21,599 bases of DNA from a virus (taxonomy: Duplodnaviria > Heunggongvirae > Uroviricota > Caudoviricetes). A program made the position numbers and the translations under genes. The notes beneath the pieces are model-generated. The model saw only the letters and a list, made by a program, of their open reading frames with translations, was not told where the DNA came from and ran no database searches. Below, one piece after another: positions 1 to 8,596 of the stretch. Within the stretch, counting starts at the first letter, position 1; each line of letters opens with the position of its first letter. The stretch lies in IMG/VR virus record IMGVR_UViG_2695420596_000007, positions 1 to 21,599 of that record; one strand, given 5' to 3'.

Positions 1-1257
1 GTGCTTACCGATACAAAATTAAAAAACCTCAAGCCGCAGGACAAACTGTACAAGGTCTCCGATCGTGACGGGCTGTATGTAGCTGTGCTTACGTCAGGCA
101 CGGTCTCGTTTCGCTATGACTACCGTATCAACGGTCGCCGCGAAACACTGGTAATCGGGCAGTATGGGCGTGACGGTATCAGCCTAGCAGAAGCGCGAGA
201 AGAACTGATTGCTGCAAAGAAGCTGCTTAAAGCAGGCCAGTCGCCGGCTGCGGCTAAACGTGACGGTATCAAAAAGATTCGTGGTGCCGAGACGTTTGCG
301 GTACATACCGACAGTTATATGAAACACGTCATCCTGGCTGACAGTACCCGCGCAATGAAGCAGGCGGTGATCGACCGTGACATACTTCCGGTTCTTGGCA
401 ACAAAATGATGGCTGAAATTACCACATCGATGGTTCGTGATTTGTGTGACCGGATTGTCGAACGCGGTGGCCGGGCAACAGCAGTGCAGGCCAGGGAGAT
501 CATCAGCAGCGTATACCGTCACGCCAATGACCGTGGTCATGGTTTGTTTAATCCTGCGGCTGATATTAAGCCTTCATCTATCGCCATATTTAAACCACGA
601 GAGCGAACGCTGACACCAGAAGAAATTGGTCTTTTCTTCCGCACGCTGGATGCCATTGGTGCTATGGGCACTATGAAAATGGCTTTAAAACTGCTGCTTA
701 TCACTATGGTTCGTAAGGGCGAATTCACCAATGCAACGTGGGATGAAATAGATTTTAAAAAATGGACATGGACAATTCCTTCAGACCGCATGAAGGGAAG
801 CCGGGCGCATGTTATTTACCTGCCTAAACAGGCACAGGATATATTGGTCGGGTTGCAGATGTGCGCTGGTGGAAGTGAATATCTGGTTCCTGGTCGTTAC
901 AATTTCCGGAAGCCATTATCTAATGCCGCGCTGAACTCTCTGATCGACAGAACGGTGAAAATAATAAATGAAGATGGTGAGCATATTCAGGACTTCACCG
1001 TACACGATATGCGCCGTACAGCAAGTACGTTGTTGCATGAGGCTGGTTATCCTTCAGACTGGATTGAAAAGGCTCTGGCACATGAGCAGAAAGGTGTGCG
1101 CGCCGTATATAACAAAGCGGAATACGCCAGACAGCGCGCCTACATGTTGCAGCAGTGGGCCGATATGATTGATTCCTGGATTAACGGGGAGCATACGGAT
1201 CTGATTCCGTTCTCCCCGTCGAAGTTTGAGAAGTGGATGGAAGACAGTAATAAATAA
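1..1257 (+). CDS. int: Phage integrase, tyrosine recombinase (P4-like). The ORF starts with GTG at the window edge, so the true start may lie a few codons upstream
   Basis: 418-aa ORF; N-terminus LTDTKLKNLKPQDKLYKVSDRDGLYV is typical of P4-family integrase arm-binding domains; C-terminal HDMRRTASTLLHEAGY and YNKAEY fit the catalytic R-H-R-Y region. Confidence 0.9.
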   Translation: MLTDTKLKNLKPQDKLYKVSDRDGLYVAVLTSGTVSFRYDYRINGRRETLVIGQYGRDGISLAEAREELIAAKKLLKAGQSPAAAKRDGIKKIRGAETFAVHTDSYMKHVILADSTRAMKQAVIDRDILPVLGNKMMAEITTSMVRDLCDRIVERGGRATAVQAREIISSVYRHANDRGHGLFNPAADIKPSSIAIFKPRERTLTPEEIGLFFRTLDAIGAMGTMKMALKLLLITMVRKGEFTNATWDEIDFKKWTWTIPSDRMKGSRAHVIYLPKQAQDILVGLQMCAGGSEYLVPGRYNFRKPLSNAALNSLIDRTVKIINEDGEHIQDFTVHDMRRTASTLLHEAGYPSDWIEKALAHEQKGVRAVYNKAEYARQRAYMLQQWADMIDSWINGEHTDLIPFSPSKFEKWMEDSNK

Positions 1258-1259
1258 TT

Positions 1260-1919
1260 CTATCCTTCCTGGACTTTGGTAAGCGTCAGATTTCCGCAGA
1301 ACACTGCGCCGGTGTCGATGTACATCTGGTTTGCATACACCAGTGGGTGATGTGCTGGCGTATGACCGAAGATGAACAAATCGGCACCGGTTATCTCCGA
1401 GACAATACCGTCCTGCGCGTCGCTAACCCGCTCACGATTCCATATCACCATTTCTTCTGGTACTGGCTTATCGAATGCGTATTCGTTGTGCGGGTAGTCT
1501 GCGTGACAGATGACGAGCTTCTTATTGCCGGTAACTAGTTCGATAATCATCGGGAGGTTGGTAATCTTTGGCAGAAGGTATTTGAGTTGCACATCCTGCT
1601 CAGAATCAAGTTGGTGCCACCATCCACCGCCGTTTGACATCCAATGTCCGAAACTTCCGCCGTTGACCAGTGCATCCAGCATCATCTGCTCATGGTTGCC
1701 ACGAACAGCTCGGAACCACGGCATAGTAATCAAATCCAGGCATTCGACGTTTTCAGCGCCGCGGTCAACAAGGTCACCAACGGAAATAAGTAAATCGCGC
1801 GCCGGGTCGAATGAAACTTTGTCGAGTTCGTTCATCAGCAGCGTGTAGCACCCATGCAGATCGCCGACGACGAAGATATTGCACCAGTCAGCGCCATTGA
1901 TGCGTTGATATAGGTTCAT
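1260..1919 (-). CDS. Ser/Thr protein phosphatase, lambda-PPase-like metallophosphoesterase
   Basis: 219-aa ORF with the three metallophosphatase motifs GDLHG, GDLVDRG and GNHE; near-collinear with phage lambda phosphatase as recalled; start overlaps the stop of the upstream methyltransferase gene (ATGA). Confidence 0.85.
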   Translation of the reverse strand: MNLYQRINGADWCNIFVVGDLHGCYTLLMNELDKVSFDPARDLLISVGDLVDRGAENVECLDLITMPWFRAVRGNHEQMMLDALVNGGSFGHWMSNGGGWWHQLDSEQDVQLKYLLPKITNLPMIIELVTGNKKLVICHADYPHNEYAFDKPVPEEMVIWNRERVSDAQDGIVSEITGADLFIFGHTPAHHPLVYANQMYIDTGAVFCGNLTLTKVQEG

Positions 1920-2566
1920 GCTGCACGCTCCCGCCCCTGGTTGTCTATTGGTGACACCGGAGCATTGCTGAATGCATTTGTTAATCCGCCAATATCCAAC
2001 GCGTATCCGGGGTGTAGTTGCACTGCCGGGTCTTCACACTGATTACCCCAAACATCGAAGCCATGAGACGTCTGGCGGGCGAACAGTTCAATGCGAGAAA
2101 CATCGCCTAACAATTGCACAAGTTTTTCACGAACGATATCTGGTTTTCTTGAGTGCTCAAGCCGCGGTGCGGTAAATGACTGAACGATCCCTGCATTAAT
2201 GCGCGGAGGTAGTTTTCCCTTTACTGCAAACAGGCAATCTTCACTATTGGCGCGAGTCATGTGACCCATACCCATAACCAGTTTATCTGGTTGTCGACTA
2301 CCACATTTTATCCACGTGAATCCCTTCATGGTCATCAGACGGAATCCCCAGGCTTCAACAACTTTTAGTGCTTCGAGTGGTTGTGTTGGCACCCACCACA
2401 TGGCCAACAGACAGTTTTCATCGGCCAAATCCCACACAGGAAGGCGGCAGATATCCATCACACTCATAACCGGATATTTAAAACCGGCACCGCGATTACC
2501 ATCTGCGGCTTTGTCCCGGTATACCCAGGGTGGATCTGCATAGATTAGTGTGTATTTCTTAGTCAT
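1916..2566 (-). CDS. MT-A70-family N6-adenine DNA methyltransferase (orphan, no cognate endonuclease seen)
   Basis: 216-aa ORF with the DPPW catalytic motif ([10 protein letters not shown]) near the N-terminus, typical of MT-A70 / phage Dam-like methylases. Confidence 0.8.
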   Translation of the reverse strand: MTKKYTLIYADPPWVYRDKAADGNRGAGFKYPVMSVMDICRLPVWDLADENCLLAMWWVPTQPLEALKVVEAWGFRLMTMKGFTWIKCGSRQPDKLVMGMGHMTRANSEDCLFAVKGKLPPRINAGIVQSFTAPRLEHSRKPDIVREKLVQLLGDVSRIELFARQTSHGFDVWGNQCEDPAVQLHPGYALDIGGLTNAFSNAPVSPIDNQGRERAA

Positions 2567-2858
2567 AAACCACCCCGCAACATCCTATACCGCTATAGTC
2601 GCCACGGCGAAGGCCGTTACTTTTTGTGATACATTGGTCCCTGCGAACCGCGATCCTTGCACGCTCAACATCACCAGAAGCAACATCCATACACTGAAGC
2701 CAAAGGTGAGCGGCAATGCGGAACTGCCCTTTTTTCTCTCTTTCAATCGCGCGTTTTTCGATCTCTATCGCCGCAGGAGTAACGGCGACAATCTTTGACG
2801 GACTGCGCATTGAAACCTTGTTCATGTGATATTTTTCAAGTCGGCTTAACTTTCTCAC
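2559..2858 (-). CDS. Hypothetical protein (99 aa, GTG start as listed; the internal ATG at MNKVS is an alternative start)
   Basis: ORF in the same leftward operon, overlapping the methyltransferase start by 8 nt; no recognisable motif. Confidence 0.4.
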   Translation of the reverse strand: MRKLSRLEKYHMNKVSMRSPSKIVAVTPAAIEIEKRAIEREKKGQFRIAAHLWLQCMDVASGDVERARIAVRRDQCITKSNGLRRGDYSGIGCCGVVYD

Positions 2859-2967
2859 TTAATCCAACCCTCTCTGAAAATTAATGCCAGCAGATAAAGC
2901 CATGCTGAAACAGAGGCCAGGAATAAGTACCATCCTGACCATTTGCTCCAGTGCCTTAGCAGCACAC

Positions 2968-3216
2968 TCATGCTGCGTTGCTCACAGGACGATATACACG
3001 TTGCTGAACAGGAGGCTTTTTACCCTGGAACTCTGCCGGGCTTGCTGCCTGACGTTCATCAAGCCAACGCTCAACTTCATCACGGTTCCATGCGCAGCGT
3101 TTATCGGTGATATACCAGCGTTTAGGAAATTCCCCTGCGCGCTCCATACGGTCGATAGTGCTCCATGACAGTGGCACCACCGCCAGGAGTTCCTTCTTAC
3201 CTAATGCACCTTTCAT
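2968..3216 (-). CDS. alpA: AlpA-family DNA-binding protein (MerR-like HTH; excisionase / transcriptional regulator)
   Basis: 82-aa ORF; LLAVVPLSWSTIDRMERAGEFPKRWYITDKRCAWNRDEVERWL matches the AlpA / phage excisionase HTH pattern; good SD (AGAGAGG) upstream of the ATG. Confidence 0.8.
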   Translation of the reverse strand: MKGALGKKELLAVVPLSWSTIDRMERAGEFPKRWYITDKRCAWNRDEVERWLDERQAASPAEFQGKKPPVQQRVYRPVSNAA

Positions 3217-3265
3217 AAATACCTCTCTTGGTTGCAGTGCGGCGCGCGTGGCGCCGCGGTGGTGG

Positions 3266-4147
3266 TTACATAGATGTTTCGTTTAATTCTTCCCGACGAA
3301 CGCTGTAAACGTCGGTGGCTTTTGCCAGCAGTTCGTCATCATCTGAAAGTTTTTGTGCAATGTATTTGTAAGCCTTATCCAGTTCGGAGACAGTGCTGTA
3401 ATTCATCGCTGCGCTGGTAAAGGCCATCAGCATTTCTTCTGGATCACGGCTATCCGCTTTACGCGTTTGCTCATCATGCTTTTTCACTGGTTTAGCGTTG
3501 ATCAGACTGTTCATTCCCGCAGCAGTAGTCGTTTGCGGAGTAATGTCTCGCTCAACGCGCGGTGCCGTTTCCTGTAATTCGTCAGGGGTGTAAACACCGA
3601 GAAGCACATCAGGAGCGTGCAGGCGAGCCCATCGTTTCGTGCAAAGATAGGCAAGCTGCTGGCGCGGATCCTGTTCCCACAATGGAGAGTTACGCACTCC
3701 GGCTTGCGCCATACTGATGGTAAGCTCACGGGGTTCTGCTTCTCCTTTAAGAACTGCTGACACAGTTACCGTCAGATTCGGTGATTTATCTGTTTTGCCG
3801 TTAACATTCGACCAGTCACCGCTCCAGCGATAATTCAGGCGTGTCGCTAGCAGGCTGGAAGAGGATACGACCGCGTTTACCAACTGTGCTTCGTAGCCTA
3901 ACGTTCCGTTTACCACATGCGTTTTCTGCGCCACGGCGAAAGGGTTCATTCCCCACTGTGCCGCCTGCATGGTCACCGCCAGACAATCGGCAGGTTTTCC
4001 TTCAAGATGTTTCGGTACAGTCGCTTTGCTTTGTGACATCAACTCCGCGAAACGCACCAGTTGATTCATGCCCTCCGGGCTGAAGATTGCCGCAGCAGTA
4101 CCTACAGTTGCGCCTGGTTGTGATGTGATTGCGATATCATTGCTCAT
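3266..4147 (-). CDS. Single-strand annealing protein, RecT/Red-beta (Bet-like) family
   Basis: 293-aa ORF; GMNPFAV..NGTLGYEAQ and NSPLWEQDPRQQL..ERDITPQ resemble lambda Bet as recalled; start codon overlaps the stop of the upstream exonuclease gene (ATGA). Confidence 0.8.
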   Translation of the reverse strand: MSNDIAITSQPGATVGTAAAIFSPEGMNQLVRFAELMSQSKATVPKHLEGKPADCLAVTMQAAQWGMNPFAVAQKTHVVNGTLGYEAQLVNAVVSSSSLLATRLNYRWSGDWSNVNGKTDKSPNLTVTVSAVLKGEAEPRELTISMAQAGVRNSPLWEQDPRQQLAYLCTKRWARLHAPDVLLGVYTPDELQETAPRVERDITPQTTTAAGMNSLINAKPVKKHDEQTRKADSRDPEEMLMAFTSAAMNYSTVSELDKAYKYIAQKLSDDDELLAKATDVYSVRREELNETSM

Positions 4148-4965
4148 ACATACATATCCTGTTTACGTGCCCAGTCAGGGCGTTTAATAATTTCCACTCC
4201 GCCCCACTCATCGTTGATGCGGCATTCGTGATAGGTATTCAGATCCCGGCGGAACAGAGCGTGCCCGGCATTGACATCCGGCGCATCCAGCTCGAACACG
4301 CGTACCGGATACCGACCACAATCAATGCTTTCGCTCACGGCAAGAAAGAAAAAACCATGCGGCTGACCAGTAACCCTCATTGCGCCTTCGCGGTACATTG
4401 CGTCCTGCACGTGGTAGCGGAATTCCTCGATGTGGCGTGCAAAACGGTCCATATCTGCAACCTTTTTCACGTCGACGATCACGTTGTGCTCGTTCAGCCA
4501 TTTGTCTGGACGAATGCGGCACAACTCACCAGTATCTTCATCGTTCCAGTACATTGATGCTTCGCAGTAACCAGGTGCTTCCAGCATCCAGCGTGCCGCC
4601 GGGTGAGCCATTGCGCTATCACGCATCAGCTCCAGTTTCCGCCACTGCTCGGCATCAAGTACCGTAATCCCCATATCCGCCACATCACGAAGAAATGCCT
4701 CTTCGTCAGCTTTACCTTGTTTCGTCCGACGATCGAATTTCGGTGAAACAATGAAGCGTTTGTCGAACTCTCCAGGCTCCAGAAGCAGACAGTGCAATGC
4801 GGTTCCCATATCCAGTGCAGACTTTTTCTCTTCGTCTTCTGGTGCTGCCTGAACCCATTTAAGAAGCGCCGGATTCTTGGCAACCATGTCCAGTTGCGAC
4901 TTACTCACGCCGTCACCGGCGTGGTAGTCTTCGTTGCTGATGTCGAAATAAATTCCCGGTTTCAT
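4144..4965 (-). CDS. PD-(D/E)XK-family exonuclease (RecE / exodeoxyribonuclease VIII-like), partner of the annealing protein
   Basis: 273-aa ORF; IVDVKK and QDAMY resemble the RecB-family (D/E)xK and QxxxY motifs; positioned immediately upstream of the Bet-like gene with translational coupling. Confidence 0.7.
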   Translation of the reverse strand: MKPGIYFDISNEDYHAGDGVSKSQLDMVAKNPALLKWVQAAPEDEEKKSALDMGTALHCLLLEPGEFDKRFIVSPKFDRRTKQGKADEEAFLRDVADMGITVLDAEQWRKLELMRDSAMAHPAARWMLEAPGYCEASMYWNDEDTGELCRIRPDKWLNEHNVIVDVKKVADMDRFARHIEEFRYHVQDAMYREGAMRVTGQPHGFFFLAVSESIDCGRYPVRVFELDAPDVNAGHALFRRDLNTYHECRINDEWGGVEIIKRPDWARKQDMYV

Positions 4966-5261
4966 GCCGCGTCCCTCTGTCCATCAAGCTGATCAGCCAG
5001 ATCCCAGCGGGCGATAATTGCCATTGCCTCTCGCCGATAGGCATCCATCAGTTCTTCGAACTCAGGGCTGTCTTTAGCTGCTTCCAGCACTTCCTGACGA
5101 ACGCCTTTGCCTATTACAACGTCGAAAGTTGAGGACAGTTGATGAAGTCGGATACTCTCAATCAGTTCAACTTGTCGGTCATATAGCTGTTCTGACAGGC
5201 GGTAGTCCTTGTCGAATGCCAGCATGATTTTTTGAAGATTTTTCTGCTGATTAACGTTCAT
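4962..5261 (-). CDS. Hypothetical protein, possibly a Gam-like host-nuclease inhibitor (start placed at MNVNQQ, ATG 5261)
   Basis: SD GGAGGG 6 nt upstream of ATG 5261; DSPEFEELMDAYRREAMAII loosely resembles the lambda Gam C-terminal region as recalled; the position before exo/bet matches the lambda gam slot. Confidence 0.45.
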   Translation of the reverse strand: MNVNQQKNLQKIMLAFDKDYRLSEQLYDRQVELIESIRLHQLSSTFDVVIGKGVRQEVLEAAKDSPEFEELMDAYRREAMAIIARWDLADQLDGQRDAA

Positions 5262-5263
5262 TA

Positions 5264-5416
5264 TCAGCCCTCCCATATCTCGTTATCGTTGGCCACATCG
5301 CGAGCTTCTTTGCTGACGAAAGCCCATTTAATGCCTTCCTGTAAGGTGCGGAACTTCCAGCTCATGAATCCGCATGCAGTAACGCAGTACCAACCGTTGA
5401 TGATTTTCCACTGCAT
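5264..5416 (-). CDS. Small 50-aa ORF, first gene of the leftward early operon (below the ORF-track threshold)
   Basis: Hand-translated MQWKIINGWYCVTACGFMSWKFRTLQEGIKWAFVSKEARDVANDNEIWEG; SD GAGGT upstream; stop is followed 2 nt later by the next start. Confidence 0.3.
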   Translation of the reverse strand: MQWKIINGWYCVTACGFMSWKFRTLQEGIKWAFVSKEARDVANDNEIWEG

Positions 5417-5435
5417 AACTTGTTACCTCGGTCTG

Positions 5436-5512
5436 TTACCGTTGAGGTAATAATTATGCGTATCTGGTTTGATGTCAATAGGTATGAGTTGAAAAAATTA
5501 CCCATTAGGTAA
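5436..5512. promoter_or_regulatory. Two copies of the TTACC-N5-GGTAA palindrome (5436-5450, 5498-5512; centres 62 bp apart) flanking a sigma70-like promoter for the leftward early operon
   Basis: TTACCgttgaGGTAA and TTACCcattaGGTAA read directly; minus-strand -35 TTGACA (plus coordinates 5473-5478) lies between them, with a weaker -10-like TAATTA. Confidence 0.6.
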
Positions 5513-5524
5513 TCATATAGGCAA

Positions 5525-5547
5525 TAAAAAAGCCGCCAGAAGGCGGC
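5525..5547 (-). terminator. Rho-independent terminator downstream of the repressor gene
   Basis: Stem GCCGCC/GGCGGC with a 4-nt loop, followed on the minus strand by a T-run. Confidence 0.6.
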
Positions 5548-5569
5548 TTACTTACTGAAAAATATGATT

Positions 5570-6154
5570 TTATTGTTTGTTTTTTTCGTTCTGGTTGATG
5601 ACAAATTCAATGTAACTTTCGATCTTTGCTTTCTCGGTTTCGGGTAACAATGCGTAGCGCGAGCGATCATAGTTGATGGTCGCAGGGTCGTGCGGGTGAA
5701 TCAGTAATTCATAGCCGTGACGCCCGAATGCGGATGCAACATTCTCCAGGGTGGAAATGGAAACGCTGACCTCATTGTTTAACAGGCGGCTAATTGTCAC
5801 CTGGGCGACGCCGGATGCGCGGTGAAGTTTTCCCTGTGTTGAAAGGTCGCGGCTTTCGCTCATCCAGCGTTCCAGGTTGTGAGCCGCCAGCTGACCAATG
5901 TCGCTTGGGCCGACAGGCTGAAAACCTTCCTGAGAAAGCGAACGATCGATATCAAGCCAGTTACGGGGTTTATTGGCGGCAGCTTCAATTTTTCGCGCAA
6001 CCTGGTCGCCGATAACCTTCTTGCCAAGAGCCCAGCGGTTTACCAGATTTGCCTGAGTTCCAAGTTTTTCTGCCATCCGCGTCTGAACACCATTGAATTC
6101 ACGGTCGATCAAGTCGTTGAGATTTTGCCTGCGGACGTCCTGGATACTTTTCAT
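5570..6154 (-). CDS. Prophage repressor candidate: XRE-family protein with two HTH regions and no LexA-like S24 peptidase domain
   Basis: 194-aa ORF; N-terminal HTH (MAEKLGTQANLVNRWALGKK) and a second HTH-like segment (VAQVTISRLLNNEVSVSISTLENVASAFG); no GDSM or Ser-Lys autocleavage signature; divergent from a Cro-like gene. Confidence 0.7.
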   Translation of the reverse strand: MKSIQDVRRQNLNDLIDREFNGVQTRMAEKLGTQANLVNRWALGKKVIGDQVARKIEAAANKPRNWLDIDRSLSQEGFQPVGPSDIGQLAAHNLERWMSESRDLSTQGKLHRASGVAQVTISRLLNNEVSVSISTLENVASAFGRHGYELLIHPHDPATINYDRSRYALLPETEKAKIESYIEFVINQNEKNKQ

Positions 6155-6209
6155 TTTCTGGAAAATCGCCTCATATATGAATCAGTAGATGATTCAATTT
6201 AAAGCAATA

Positions 6210-6272
6210 TTACCCAACAGGTAAATGCACCTCATAGGTAACTATCCTTGATTTTTGTTACCTTATGGGTGA
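6210..6272. promoter_or_regulatory. Three-site operator cluster between the repressor and Cro-like genes (6210-6224 TTACCcaacaGGTAA; 6227-6241 GCACCtcataGGTAA; 6258-6272 TTACCttatgGGTGA)
   Basis: Palindromes read directly; the arrangement parallels a lambda OR1-3 style divergent control region. Confidence 0.6.
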
Positions 6273-6308
6273 ATATTTATTATCTGAAATAAATATCAGG
6301 CAATAGCT

Positions 6309-6539
6309 ATGAGCGATAACGGACATTTCGATTTCAAAAAGCACTGGCTTGCACTTACTCCGGATGAGCGTGAAGCCTTCGCACAGGAAGCCGGAACGAC
6401 GAGTCACTATATCCAGACTCACTTAACAGGTAAGCGCAAAATGCCAGGTAAAGTATTGATGAATGGGCTTTTTAAAGCCTGTAAAACAAGACAATGGCTG
6501 CGCTCAAAAGCAGAACTGGCATACTTCTTCTACTCATGA
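6309..6539 (+). CDS. Cro-like small DNA-binding regulator
   Basis: 76-aa ORF divergent from the repressor; HTH-like segment EAFAQEAGTTSHYIQTHLTGKRKMP. Confidence 0.55.
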   Translation: MSDNGHFDFKKHWLALTPDEREAFAQEAGTTSHYIQTHLTGKRKMPGKVLMNGLFKACKTRQWLRSKAELAYFFYS

Positions 6540-6560
6540 TATCCAGCCACAACCCTCTGT

Positions 6561-6586
6561 AGACCGCCATCCGGCGGTCTTTTCAT
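6561..6586 (+). terminator. Rho-independent terminator after the Cro-like gene (tR1-like position)
   Basis: Stem AGACCGCC/GGCGGTCT with a 4-nt loop, followed by TTTT. Confidence 0.65.
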
Positions 6587-6594
6587 ATCTATTC

Positions 6595-6609
6595 GTACCT
6601 TAAAGGTAA
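6595..6609. promoter_or_regulatory. Palindrome GTACCttaaaGGTAA (variant of TTACC-N5-GGTAA) just after the terminator
   Basis: Read directly; core TACC-N5-GGTA is perfect. Confidence 0.45.
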
Positions 6610-6689
6610 CAAAAAACCAAATCTGGTTGATCTTTTTTTTGTGTCAGCACAAAATAACCGTAATCCCAATACTAATAACAGGGCTTACC

Positions 6690-6890
6690 ATGGAAATCAT
6701 TACACGTATTGATGCCGCAAAGCGCGGACTTAAACGCTACTACACCGGAAAACCATGTAAGCATGGACATGACAGTGAACGCTGGGTTTACAACGGGCAC
6801 TGTGTTGAGTGCACCATGGAATCAAACCGTCGCATCAGGGCAGAGATTAAGCAGATCATGATTAATTCCTCCCCACAACATTCAAGCTGA
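6690..6890 (+). CDS. Small Cys/His-rich (zinc-ribbon-like) protein; start placed at MEIITRI rather than the listed 6627
   Basis: KPCKHGHDSERWVYNGHCVEC contains a C-x-H..C-x2-C pattern; the listed N-terminal extension looks like non-coding read-through. Confidence 0.4.
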   Translation: MEIITRIDAAKRGLKRYYTGKPCKHGHDSERWVYNGHCVECTMESNRRIRAEIKQIMINSSPQHSS

Positions 6891-6905
6891 TAGCGGAGAT
6901 TAATC

Positions 6906-7697
6906 ATGAGCAGACATGCAACAGATTGGGCCTGGGAGACAGATCCAGGTAGCTCGTCATTAAAGCTCATACTGCTCTCGATGGCTGACAGAGCCGATGA
7001 ATATAACCTCTGCTACCCCAGCATAGAACGCCTCGTTAAAGACACTTGCCTGAATAAAAAAACCGTGCAGGCCGGGCTTATATCGCTCATGAAAATGGGG
7101 CTTATTTCAGATACCGGAGAGAGAAAGGGAGCGACAAAAAGAGTGCGGGTTTTCTCTCTTAATATAACCAAAAACGGGAACATTAAAGGCAACCGGGAAG
7201 GGGGGAATGAACCCGAAAACGGTAATGTTCCCGAAAACGGGAATATACCCAAAAACGGGATGTTGAATGATCCCAAAAACGGGATCCAGAACCAGTCATA
7301 TAACCAGTCATTTAACCAAGAGAGGGAGAGCGGGACAAAAACCGGGAATTCTGTGCCTCATGACCCCGGCGCAAACAACGCCGTGATGAATAACTTTGTT
7401 CCTCCTGGTGGGCCAGGGCAATTAGGCAAATTTGTCATGCATGAACAATGGCAGCCATCAGATGACTTTCTTCGGAAAAGCTCATTGCAGGGGATCTACC
7501 TGGACAGTCTGCCAACGGCACAGGAACTTGCAGAGTTCAGAATTTACTGGATGGCTGAGGGTAAGGCATACCATCAGGCACAGTGGGAGCAGAAGCTGGC
7601 AAGGCGGCTGCAGATTAGCAGACAGAAGCAATCAACATTATCTGATAACAACGTTCCGCACTGGAACAGCCCTGAAGCATGGGAGGATTTCTTGTGA
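6906..7697 (+). CDS. Replication initiator, lambda O-like (N-terminal HTH, iteron-encoded linker, C-terminal domain)
   Basis: 263-aa ORF; SD GGAGA 7 nt upstream; N-terminal winged-HTH-like segment; low-complexity PENGNVPENGNIPKNG linker encoded by DNA iterons; immediately followed by a P-like gene. Confidence 0.75.
   Translation: MSRHATDWAWETDPGSSSLKLILLSMADRADEYNLCYPSIERLVKDTCLNKKTVQAGLISLMKMGLISDTGERKGATKRVRVFSLNITKNGNIKGNREGGNEPENGNVPENGNIPKNGMLNDPKNGIQNQSYNQSFNQERESGTKTGNSVPHDPGANNAVMNNFVPPGGPGQLGKFVMHEQWQPSDDFLRKSSLQGIYLDSLPTAQELAEFRIYWMAEGKAYHQAQWEQKLARRLQISRQKQSTLSDNNVPHWNSPEAWEDFL
7168..7285. repeat. Iteron array inside the initiator gene (five copies of CCC(G/A)AAAACGG(G/T)A at about 7168, 7212, 7230, 7248 and 7272; the middle three 18 bp apart); candidate replication origin
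   Basis: Direct repeats read from sequence, followed by a duplicated AACCAGTCAT segment at 7291-7313. Confidence 0.7.
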
Positions 7698-8479
7698 ACA
7701 ACGTTTTTACCGCGATACAAAACCGTGACGGAGAAGCCCTTTCTCGCATGTCAGGTTATGAGCATCAGTACGTCAACAATGACAATGTGGTTAACATGTC
7801 AGCAGAGAGGCTTGTTGATGCCCTTTTCAAACAGCTGAAACAACTGTTTCCGGCGGCAGTGGTAACCAACCTGAAGACGCCAGAGCAGGAAGTAGCTGCA
7901 AAACAGCAGTGGATTGCTGCGTTTGCCGAAGGGGGGATCCGAACCCGTGAACAGGTTTCTGCTGGTATGCGCCACGCCCGCGCCAGTGATTCTCCGTTCT
8001 GGCCGTCGCCAGGGCAATTCATCAAGTGGTGCAAAGACAGCAAGATGGTTCTTGGCGTCACCATTGACGATGTGATGACGGAGTTTCACCGGTACAGCAA
8101 GGAAAAAAGTTTATATCCTGGTGGTCCCGAAAGATTCCCGTGGCGGCATCCGGTTATGTACTGGGTCGTATGTGATACCCGCCGTGCAATGTATCAGCGC
8201 CAGCTTAGCGAGATAGAGGTTGAGAAACACGCGCGCAGGCTGCTCGATGATTGGGCGAAAAAGGTGGCTTCCGGACAGCAGATACCCGATCCGGTGATCA
8301 GCATACAGGCAAAGCCAGAACCCATGAGTACGCCTCCGGACACAGGGAGAGACGTTTACCATCCACCAGGGCGAAGTTTCGGGTGCATGCCTAACGCCGC
8401 CACCCTTGGGGGAATAACACCGGCGCAGTGGCTGATGGAGGAATACAGGCGAGGAAAGGCGGCAGGATTTATCAAGTAA
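7679..8479 (+). CDS. Replication protein P-like (helicase loader); the real start may be GTG 7694 after SD GGAGGA
   Basis: 266-aa ORF; EQVSAGMRHARASDSPFWPSPGQFIKWCKD closely parallels lambda P (EQVNAGMRVARRQNRPFLPSPGQFVAWCRE) as recalled. Confidence 0.8.
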   Translation: MGGFLVNNVFTAIQNRDGEALSRMSGYEHQYVNNDNVVNMSAERLVDALFKQLKQLFPAAVVTNLKTPEQEVAAKQQWIAAFAEGGIRTREQVSAGMRHARASDSPFWPSPGQFIKWCKDSKMVLGVTIDDVMTEFHRYSKEKSLYPGGPERFPWRHPVMYWVVCDTRRAMYQRQLSEIEVEKHARRLLDDWAKKVASGQQIPDPVISIQAKPEPMSTPPDTGRDVYHPPGRSFGCMPNAATLGGITPAQWLMEEYRRGKAAGFIK

Positions 8480-8516
8480 TACCAGCGCGATAGCGCATTT
8501 TTTTACGCTTCGATAA

Positions 8517-8593
8517 TTACCTGCCAGGTAATAAAATATTCTAAAATCTATTGATTTTGTGTCTTATGTGGTTTTTAATTACCTCAGGGGTAA
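8517..8593. promoter_or_regulatory. Two copies of TTACC-N5-GGTAA (8517-8531, 8579-8593; centres 62 bp apart) flanking a promoter-like TTGATT-N17-TTTAAT; the downstream site overlaps the RBS of the gene starting at 8597
   Basis: TTACCtgccaGGTAA and TTACCtcaggGGTAA read directly. Confidence 0.6.
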
Positions 8594-8596
8594 ATC

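Noticed and set aside
184-791. Minus-strand ORFs of 118, 62 and 84 aa inside the integrase gene
   Set aside because: Antisense to a well-supported integrase coding region, no RBS and no recognisable motifs; most likely spurious.
3239-3257. GC-rich hairpin GCGGCGC..GCGCCGC between the Bet-like and AlpA genes as a terminator
   Set aside because: No U-run follows on the transcribed strand and it lies inside an operon; more likely an mRNA stability or processing element, too uncertain to call.
6627-6689. Listed N-terminal extension (MIFFLCQHKITVIPILITGL) of the zinc-ribbon ORF
   Set aside because: It spans a T-rich untranslated stretch right after a terminator with no RBS; the ATG at 6690 is the more plausible start.
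7168-7285. Possible CRISPR array suggested by regularly spaced direct repeats
   Set aside because: The repeats are only about 14 bp at 18-bp spacing, lie inside a coding gene and encode a peptide linker; they are replication iterons.
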